The notes beneath the pieces are model-generated. The model was given only the letters and a program-made list of their open reading frames with translations. It was not told the DNA's origin and made no database searches. A stretch of DNA of 64,000 bases from NCBI GenBank assembly GCA_977017575.1, contig CDRNVI010000073.1:62001-126000 (forward strand), in the 5' to 3' direction. Below are positions 44,026 through 52,999 of this stretch, one piece after another; the stretch's first letter is position 1; the number at the start of each line of letters is the position of its first letter. Both the position numbers and the translations under genes were made by a program. Origin of the DNA: Paramoeba atlantica (taxonomy: Eukaryota > Protista > Discosea).

Positions 44026-44325
44026 ATGGGAGTGTTCACACGCTCCAAAGCAAAAGAATCAGGAGTAGCTCCTGAGATTTTGCCGCTCCCTCGTGCCCGA
44101 TGGAAAAAGAAGGCCGTGATGCCAACTCATCCGCCCGCCGTGCTAATATCCACCACCTCCGCATGGAGCGCGCGGGTCGCCAAAAAATATAATTATGTCC
44201 CAGGGCTACGCTCACAGTTGGGCCTTGCTCGCAAAGGGGGGCTTTTGCCTCCAGAAGCGGGCTACGCTCACAGTTGGGCCTTGCTCGCAGACGGGGGCCT
44301 TGCTTGCACACTTGGGCTTCGCTGA
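44026..44325 (+). CDS. Short basic ORF behind the SL-like exon
   Basis: ATG 23 nt after the SL-like exon; 3' half built from a 55-56-bp tandem repeat; no family recognised. Confidence 0.3.
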   Translation: MGVFTRSKAKESGVAPEILPLPRARWKKKAVMPTHPPAVLISTTSAWSARVAKKYNYVPGLRSQLGLARKGGLLPPEAGYAHSWALLADGGLACTLGLR

Positions 44326-45153
44326 CAGTTGGGCCTTGCCTCCAGACATGTAAACGAGATGGTAATGTTCAAATTCCCCCCAAAAAAAATCGAGACGAAA
44401 AATTCGTGCAGCAGTGCCCGGTGGATGAATGATTCATCGAACGCACTGCCCGTTCGATGAATATTCATCGAACGGGACGCCTGGTCATCGAACGGGACGC
44501 CGTTCAATGAATATTCATCGAACGCACGGTGCGTTCGATGAATTTTCATCGAATGCCCCCCCTGGCCAAACTTTTTACTCACTCTTTTTAATGATTCTAT
44601 ATAAATAAGTTATTTTTTTAAAGAAAATATATAGAAACCATTTCAATAAAGAATTACGTGGTACGATCGTCGAATTTATCTTTCATAAGTTATCCGAGAA
44701 TCATTTGAGTCTACTTACCGCGTCCTCTGGGTTCTCTTCGGATTTCACGTATCGGAATTTAATACAAATATCTCTCTTTTGGTTCATGGTTAAGACGCGT
44801 TTAAGCTCACCTGCAATGAAGTCGGATCGTGCTACAACCCCATTCTGGCCATTTTGAAACCGTGCTCTACTGATCTGTTGTCGGTTTATCGCTGAAAGTA
44901 TGTTGCAAATGCATCAATTAGTGTGAGGAGAATACAGGAAAAATACTCAAACTTTTTGCAAGATAAGATGTACTGCCTTTACAAACGGTGAAAACTCATA
45001 AAAATGAGAAAAGTTCGACCAACAAAAAGCTCTGTAGAAAGCCTTTTTTACAGGAAAATGTACGACTTTTTCTTCAAAAAATAATTGGTATGGACTAATA
45101 AGGACTGCGTGGAACAGCATGCGACAAGGGATTAATTTTACTAGAATGAGACC

Positions 45154-47298
45154 TTAATAAGGTAGTTTCCGTCCCTTAGCCTCGATACACAAGCATAGAC
45201 GTCGTTTGAAAGATGCATGCAATTTTTCAGAAAATTTCTTTGAGTCACTACTTTTTAGATATTTTTCACAGCTCTCTTCTATCTCTCTTATGGAGGACGG
45301 GTTATATATATAGAGGACTATATATATGTATATAGAGGACGGGTTCTCCTGATTTTTGATTTGTTTGAGACGGCACCATAAATTCTCAATCGGATTCAAA
45401 TCCGGGGAATCCGCAGGTCAAAAAGGCAGATGGGTCCCATCGACAGAAACGTATCCCCTCAAGCAAGAGGAAGTTCTCGATCTGGCGATCATACTTTCCC
45501 ACCACAAAGAAGTAAGCTTAGAACGATGCGGAGGGGCTCCATCGTCCATGTAGATCACCTGGGGATTTTTCCTGGCATATGGAATCCAATGATCCCGAAG
45601 AATCATCTTTCTATAATACATGCTGCCGAGCCCTTTCCCTTTTTGAGGCCCTTTTTGATTTTGACAAGTGTCATGGCGATAAAAGTGTTCAAAATCATCG
45701 CACCATCGAAATAGGATTTCCCCATTGGAATCAATTGCACCCCAGAGAAGGACTTTCGTAGGATGATGGGTTCGACTCCTTGCAACAGGATCTGTTGGAG
45801 ATTGCCACGCTGAGCGTGACAAATCACCCGCATGAATGTACACCTCGTCACTAAAGCACAAATTTTTCTAAAAGGTGCCCCCTGTCACTTCATCTTCTTT
45901 AAGCAGTGCGCGACAGAAATTCACACGGGCCTCCCTTTTCTCGGCAGAAAGATGAAGCGTACTAATTTTGGACCTAAACTTGTAATCATAATATGTAAGC
46001 AGAGCACGCATGCGATGCTGCGAGATAACAAATTGGTGTCCGGATGCTTCGGCCATTGCACACATCAGTCTGTTCAAAGTGCGATGGACAGGATTGGCCG
46101 CCATTATCTGGGGCAGCAAGACTCTGGCATTCTCAAAGTGTTCCCATTCCAGTAGCGTATTAGCGGTTTCTTTCACTTTTTCGATTCTACCATCAGCTGA
46201 AGAATGAGTCATCAGCAAACGATGACAAGTCGCTTTATTGAGAGTAAGCGTATGACACAACTGTGCCTGGGTAAAAAGTCTTGTGCTGTGCAAAACTTTC
46301 AAAGCGACGACTCCCGTTTCGGATAAGCTTCCCCTTCTTTTCCATATAACCGGAAGTCCATTCAGGTGCGTCGTTTTGCGCTTCATAGGTCGGACGCGTT
46401 TCCGCTTAGAGTTCTGGCCCGAGATTTGAGAGGCTAACCGTGTTCTAAGAACAGCCATCGCGGTCAGAAGGGAATGCTGATCCTTCAAAACAGAGTTATG
46501 TTTCTTTTTAAGCTCATCGTATTTCTCTTGGAGCTCGAAGTGTTCTCTTTTTAGAAGATTGTATTCAATATGTGTTGCTTCGAATTTTACTCGAAGACGA
46601 TGAGCTTCAGCTTTGTGCTTTTCCTTTTCGCGTTCTACGCGTCGTAAGCGCGTGTTCAATTTTCGAATTCGCGTTTTCGCCTTCCTCATTTCCTTAGAGC
46701 TCGAGTGGAGAGAATGGCGGGCGCTGCGAATATCAGGTTGTGGATCAGAGGTCTGAGGGTCAGTAGGTGGAACATCAGGGGTCTGAGGGTCAATAGGTGG
46801 AACATCAGAGGGTTGAGAGTCAATAGGTGGAACATCAGAGGGTTGAGAGTCAATAGGTGGAACATCAGAGGGTTGAGAGTCAATAGGTGGAACATCAGAG
46901 GGTTGAGAGTCAATAGGTGGAACATCAGAGGGTTGAGAGTCAATAGATGGAACATCAGGGAGCTGAGGGTCAATAGGTGGATCATCAGAGGGATGAGGGT
47001 GGGAAGTTCGTGGATTGGAGGACTGAGGCCGAAACATTTGGCATAGGCCTTCTGCTGCTTCGATAAGCCGGATGTCAAAGCATTTTTCAGGTTCCACGAA
47101 ACTCGGAGGAACTGGATAAAGATGATTATCATCTTGGACAGAGCCCTGTATTTCTTGATTTATTTTGAAAAGAGTCTCTTCTTCAAAAAAATCAGACTCA
47201 GAGTCCGATATGTCCGAGTCTGTTGACTCATCTTCTGGATCCCAGTTCGGATCATCCTCTGAATCAGAGCTTGCGTACTCCGGTGAGTGCGAAGACAA
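45154..47298 (-). pseudogene. 714-codon transposase frame with two in-frame stops (TAG 45868-70, TGA 45418-20)
   Basis: Track ORFs 45868..47298, 45418..45861 and 45154..45399 are one frame: F*KNLCFSDE, WGAI, MDDGAPPH, LPF*PADSPDLNPIENLW. Confidence 0.88.
46744..46990 (-). repeat. 30-bp coding minisatellite, about 8 units, encoding (PPIDSQPSDV)n
   Basis: GTTGAGAGTCAATAGGTGGAACATCAGAGG repeated on the + strand inside the transposase N-terminal extension. Confidence 0.95.
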
Positions 47299-48299
47299 TG
47301 ATGAAACGTCAGAAGAGCCTGATCGGCAAACTGTTGAATTTTTAGAATTGCTCTCCGAAGTTGCCTCCGAACTCGTGTACTCCTAGTTCGTGTAACCTGA
47401 GCTCATGCTATCAGAGCTCCCATGCGCCCTGGGAGATATGTGTGACATGGACATCGTATAAAAAAAAAGTACTTGTTAATCAAGTTTTGTAAAAAGCGTA
47501 TGTCAAACAAATTTAGTTCAGCAAAAAAAACGATTTTTTCAAACGTTAACGTACGTCAATTTAAACTATTTTTCCTGTCCTCTTGTGGTATTCCCATAAA
47601 CTTAGCTTTTTACAGAACTAAAAACAAAGCCACGGTGCTCTCTATAGAACGTTTTCAAAATTTTGGGACGGAGTTGTACTTTGCGATTAAAAGCCGCCTG
47701 GCAGGAAGTATTGTCAATGTATAAATCACTCGTAATTCGTCTCCCGATTCTAACCATGGACGTGATCCCCACGTGAGGGGGCCGTTAGCGGTAAAACGAG
47801 CAGGATCAGTAATAGGAGCAATAGGGTTTTTTTGGCTCGTCATTCGCTTTGCGACCCCCCGGTATCTTAGCACGTACACGGGCAATTTCTAGCGAATAGT
47901 AATCAATGTCCAGTAATGGAAAATCATAGGCAACGGTTGGATCGTCATTCCATACTGCTTCCATAGCACCCTACTCGTCACTCTTAAGACGGACGTTTCC
48001 AATGACGGTTTCACGCACAGGATCGCCATGAGGTCCCCACACCGCCTCAACTAAAGAGAGAACATGAAGATTATGCCCTCCATCGCCTGTTTTAGCAACT
48101 CAAATGACATTGTGAGTAGAAATCGTTCTACACCCAAGCCAAAAATTATTATCGCTAAAATTCATGGCAATTATTGTTTTTTTAATTAAAATTTGCATAG
48201 CTTCGACAATAATTAAAAACTCAATAATAAGTCGGCAGTGTAAAACAAGTGCAAGAGAGTTAATTTTTTCTTTTTTTGCCAAAAAAGTGTGAAATAATG

Positions 48300-51200
48300 C
48301 TTCACTTTGACAAAAAAAATCAACTTGGCGGAAAAAAACGTATTTTTCCAAAATTGATTCCCCTATTGTAGTTTGAGAGTTTGGGACCTACACTAGCCTT
48401 CTACACCGTTGTTTTCACAAGATACCCCTTCTTAGAGCAGCGGCACGCCTCCCAAAATGACGCATTTTTGACCAAAAAGTGCGAAAAAGTAATTTTCGGA
48501 CCCAAACGGGTCTTTTTGTGACGGAAGAATGGTATAGTTGGAGTCGCATTCTCTACACAATACGTTCGGTAGCCTTTAATTCATGTCTACGAATGATTTT
48601 CCACACCAAAATGTTGGATTCAGCGCTCTCAGAGCAAAAATACGCAAAAATGCCCCCATTTCTACCTAAAAATCGTCAATTTTTGGCTCAAATCCTTCCG
48701 GTTTCTTCCGCTTTCGTAACGAATATTTCTTTCTTAGGCTCTTCATTAAACGCGGAGGTAGTTTTCAACTTGACACGCGCAGCACAAGTGACTTAAGGCA
48801 AAGCCTAATGGCAAAACAATTATTTTTCCAAAATCGTTTGCCCTTTTGTATTTTGATAGTTTGGGACCTATACTAGCTTTCAATGCAGTTGTTTTCGCAA
48901 GCTCTCTTCGAGACGTGGTATGCTCGCGAAAATGTCCCATTTTTGACTAAAAAAGGTGAAAAGGTAATATTTGGACCCCAAGGGGCATTTTTGTGTCGAA
49001 AGAATGGTATGGTTGGAGTCGCATTCTCTACCAAATACGTTCTGTAGGATTTGATTCGTGGCTACGAGTAATTTCCCGCACGAAAATGTCGGATTTAGTG
49101 CTCTGAGAGCAAAGTTACCCAACAATGACCCCATTTTTACCTGAAAATCGGCTATTTTGGTTATAATCTTTCCGTTTTCTTCAGCTTTCCAGGCCAAATT
49201 TTCTTTTTTAGGCTCTTCGTTAAACGTCGAGCAAATTTTTTCGAAAAAATTAGTTTTCGAAAAAAAAACCGCAGAAAGGGTAGCCGGGGTCTTGGCGCGC
49301 ATTTTCCACGCCCCTACCCGGGGGTGACCCCCCCGCGTATCCGCAGGACGGGTCCGCCAAGTTCGGATTTTTTCGGAAAAAAATTTTTGAAAAAAAATTC
49401 AACTTGGCGAAAAAAATGACAAAAAAAATATTTTTCCAAAATCGTTTCCCCTATTGTATTTTGATAGTTTGGGACCCACACTAGCTTTCTCCGCAGTTGT
49501 TTTCGCAAGGTATCACTTCTTCGAACCGTGGTGCGCCCCTCAAAATGACCCATTTTTGACTAAAAAAGGTGAAAAAGTATTTTTCGGACCTAAAGGGGCA
49601 TTTTTGTGTCGAAAGAATGGTGTGGTTGGAGTCGCATTCTCTACCCAATACGTTCGGTAGGCTTTCATTCATGCCTGCGAGTGATTTCCCACGCGCAAAT
49701 GTCGGATTTAGTGCTCTGAGAGCAAAAATATGCGAAAATGACCCCATTTTTACCCGAAATTCGGCTATTTTTGGCTATAATCTTTCCGTTTTCCAGGCTA
49801 AATTTTCTTTTTTAGGCTCTTCGTTAAACGCGGCGGGAGTTTTCAACGCGAAGCGCGCATCATGAGTAACTTCTAAGTTGAAAGCAACCACCGCGTTTAA
49901 CGAAGAGCCTAAAAAAGAAAATTAACAAACCATTGCGGTGGCTGTAAAACTACCGCTCTACACTCGATTATTGAAAAAAAAGTGAACAAAAACAGTGAAA
50001 ATATAAAGGGGAACACAGTAATATAATAGAAGAAAAAAATATAAAAGGGGGCTCCGGTGGTCCAAAACTGAAAAAAAAAATTGAAAAAAATGGGGGGTCC
50101 AGGGGGATGTCATGGTCGATCAATTTTTTTCGAAAAAATTAGTTTTCGAAAAAAAAAATCGCAGAAAGGGTAGCCGGGGTCTTGGCGCGCATTTTCCACC
50201 CCCCTACCCGGGGGTGACCCCCCCGCGTATCCGCAGGACGGGTCCGCCAAGTTCGGATTTTTTCGGAAAAAAATTTTTGAAAAAAAATTCAACTTGGCGA
50301 AAAAAATGACAAAAAAAATATTTTTCCAAAATCGTTTCCCCTATTGTATTTTGATAGTTTGGGACCTACACTAGCTTTCTCCGCAGTTGTTTTCGCAAGG
50401 TATCACTTCTTCGAACCGTGGTGCGCCCCTCAAAATGACCCATTTTTGACTAAAAAAGGTGAAAAAGTATTTTTCGGACCTAAAGGGGCATTTTTGTGTC
50501 GAAAGAATGGTGTGGTTGGAGTCGCATTCTCTACCCAATACGTTCGGTAGGCTTTCATTCATGCCTGCGAGTGATTTCCCACGCGCAAATGTCGGATTTA
50601 GTGCTCTGAGAGCAAAAATATGCGAAAATGACCCCATTTTTACCCGAAATTCGGCTATTTTTGGCTATAATCTTTCCGTTTTCCAGGCTAAATTTTCTTT
50701 TTTAGGCTCTTCGTTAAACGCGGCGGGAGTTTTCAACGCGAAGCGCGCATCATGAGTAACTTCTAAGTTGAAAGCAACCACCGCGTTTAACGAAGAGCCT
50801 AAAAAAGAAAATTAACAAACCATTGCGGTGGTTGTAAAACTACCGCTCTACACTCGATTATTGAAAAAAAAGTGAACAAAAACAGTGAAAATATAAAGGG
50901 GAACACAGTAATATAATAGAAGAAAAAAATATAAAAGGGGGCTCCGGTGGTCCAAAACTGAAAAAAAAAATTGAAAAAAATGGGGGGTCCAGGGGGATGT
51001 CATGGTCGATCAATTTTTTTCGAAAAAATTAGTTTTCGAAAAAAAACCGCAGAAAGGGTAGCCGGGGTCTTGGCGCGCATTTTCCACGCCCCTACCCGGG
51101 GGTGACCCCCCCGCGTATCCGCAGGACGGGTCCGCCAAGTTCGGATTTTTTCGGAAAAAAATTTTTGAAAAAAGTTTCAACTTGGCGAAAAAAATGACAA

Positions 51201-51710
51201 AAAAAATATTTTTCCAAAATCGTTTCCCCTATTGTATTTTGATAGTTTGGGACCTACACTAGCTTTCTCCGCAGTTGCTTTCGCAAGGTATCCCTTCTTC
51301 TAGCCGTGGTGCGCCCCTCAAAATGACCCATTTTTGACTAAAACAAGGTGAAAAAGTATTTTTCGGACCTAAAGGGGCATTTTTGTGTCGAAAGAATGGT
51401 ATAGTTGGAGTCGCATTCTCTACCCAATACGTTCTGTAGCCTTTAGTTCATGTCTACGGTGTTTTCCACACCGAAATCTTGGATTCAGCGCTCTCAGAGC
51501 CAAAATACGCAAAAATATCCCCATTTTTACTTAAAAATCGTCAATTTTTGGCTCAAATCCTTCCGGTTTCTTCCGCTTTCGTAACGAATTTTTCTTTCGT
51601 AGGCTCTTCGTTAAACGCGGAGGTAGTTTTCAACTCGACACGCGCAGCATAAGTGACTTCTAAGTTGAAAACAACCACCGCGTTTAACGAAGAGCCTAAA
51701 AAAGAATAAA
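48300..51710 (-). repeat. Head-to-tail array of the palindrome/hairpin repeat family (890-bp period)
   Basis: Same landmark TTTTTTCGAAAAAATTAGTTTTCG at about 49236, 50126 and 51016; two near-identical units plus diverged partial units on both sides. Confidence 0.92.
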
Positions 51711-52000
51711 ATTGTAAAGTGCGTCACCGGTAGTGTCATTTTCTCGACCGACACCACTTAAAAATACACTAATTTTTACGAGCACTGTATATGGCATATC
51801 CTGACTATCACTGAACTTACGTAGGCATTGATTTTACAATTCTAAATCAATTGAAATACAAACGAGCACGACCTTTTTGACCCTTTTTTTTCTCTCTCGT
51901 ACTCTAAAACACGTTTTCATACCTCACCCAACCCCAAAACCAAAACCACAACCCTCATATCTCTTTTTTTCCTTCAAAAACCCTTCCCTACCCCTCCCCC

Positions 52001-52744
52001 ATGTCTCTCCCACCCCCCTCCCAAAACCCCCCCAACCCCCCCCATCCCCTCTCCCAAAACGAAAACCAAAACCCCACCCCTTCCCACGCTCTCCAACGAC
52101 CCCCCACCTTCTCCCCCTCCCCCTCCCCCTCCCCCTCTTCCTTACCCTCTTCCTTCATCGCCCTCTACCGCGCCCTCCTCGCGGCCTCCCCCCCCCTCCC
52201 CCCCGCCCGGCCCTGGGCCGACTTCGCGGACCGCTCCGCGCTCACCCCCCCCGCCTCCCCCCCCGACGCCCTCGCCCGCGCCACCGCCAACCTCCCGCAC
52301 TACGCCGGGAACTACGCCGTGGTGGCGCTCGCGGTGCTGGCGCTCGCGGGGCTCGGCAACCTGCTCTTCGTGGGGGCCATGGCCGCGTGCGCCGCGCTCG
52401 CGGGGGCGTACCGCCGGAGGAGGGCCCAGCAGGCCGCGGAGGGGGGGGAGGGGGTGGTGGTGGTGAGTGGAAGGGAGATCACCCCGGCCCAGGCCTACGG
52501 GGGGTTGGGGTTGGTGACGCTTTTTTTGTTTTGGTTGACCGGGGGGGGCGGGACGGTTTTTTGGGCGTTGGTGGGGAGTACGGTGGCGGTGGTGGGGCAT
52601 GCGGTGATGCATGAGAGGGGGTCAGGGGAGTTGTATGAAGGGGGTGGGGGAGGGTATGAGGGGGGGAAGCGTTTGGGGGAGTGGCAGAGGTTGTCCTCAC
52701 AGGGGTCGGTTTCACGGGGGTCGTATATGGAGCATGTGGGGTGA
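52001..52744 (+). CDS. PRA1: PRA1 (prenylated Rab acceptor 1) family protein
   Basis: RPWADF...DALARATANLPHYAGNY, two hydrophobic hairpins, VVGHAVMH. Confidence 0.88.
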   Translation: MSLPPPSQNPPNPPHPLSQNENQNPTPSHALQRPPTFSPSPSPSPSSLPSSFIALYRALLAASPPLPPARPWADFADRSALTPPASPPDALARATANLPHYAGNYAVVALAVLALAGLGNLLFVGAMAACAALAGAYRRRRAQQAAEGGEGVVVVSGREITPAQAYGGLGLVTLFLFWLTGGGGTVFWALVGSTVAVVGHAVMHERGSGELYEGGGGGYEGGKRLGEWQRLSSQGSVSRGSYMEHVG

Positions 52745-52999
52745 GGGGGGATAAAGGGGGTGATTTGTAAGATAGAAAGGTTTAGTATAGTTAGGTCCGT
52801 GGGTAAAGATCATGGGCTTGGTTTTAGTGTAAATTTCGAATTTTATTGTTTTTTTACGGATGACGCATCCTGTTGAGAAGCACGTTTTACGGAATCTTCT
52901 TATTGTTCTTTGTTGATTCTACAGAACTATTTCTATTTTCTAAAGAATCTGTCCAACACAACACTATACTTTAGCACAATGAATTGATTCATATCGTCG

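Larger units (their letters stand above)
43147..44567. mobile_element. Non-autonomous Merlin-type TIR element with palindromic subterminal repeats and captured cargo
   Basis: GG...CC termini, imperfect TIRs of about 65 bp, 8-bp TSD AAACTTTT (43139-46 and 44568-75), clusters of TTCGATGAATATTCATCGAA at both ends; no transposase inside. Confidence 0.8.
44835..47676 (-). mobile_element. Tc1/mariner-superfamily transposon, 2842 bp, TA TSD
   Basis: TA at 44833-34 and 47677-78; imperfect TIRs CAAC(C/T)CC...ATTTTGAAA(C/A)CGT; boundaries confirmed by rejoining of the interrupted RNase H frame. Confidence 0.85.
44701..48040 (-). mobile_element. DIRS-type (VIPER/TATE-like) RNase H remnant split by the Tc1 element
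   Basis: Removing 44835-47676 and one TA joins YIDNTSCQAAFNRKV to ARSDFIAGELKRVL...YVKSEENPEDAVSRLK*, matching the DIRS RNase H DN...YVxSxxNPADxxSR pattern. Confidence 0.7.

Noticed and set aside
43964-44100. Functional SL RNA gene
   Set aside because: No GT donor after TTG, no recognisable Sm site or terminating T-tract at SL RNA distance, and not in a tandem array.
44203-44345. CRISPR-like 31-bp repeat with 24-25-bp spacers
   Set aside because: Only three units, the spacers resemble each other, no cas genes, eukaryotic context; it is a 55-56-bp minisatellite.
1957-47298. Blastocrithidia-like stop-codon reassignment (TAA/TAG at Glu-like positions 2056 and 24002; TGA at a Trp position 45418)
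   Set aside because: Long host ORFs (1846, about 1500 and about 1010 aa) contain no in-frame stops despite many Trp and Glu residues, and TAG replaces Trp at two sites but Glu at another; single substitutions explain this better.
51877-52614. Pro/Arg-rich overlapping ORFs around PRA1, and other antisense track ORFs over long genes
   Set aside because: Shadow frames caused by high GC content and codon bias.
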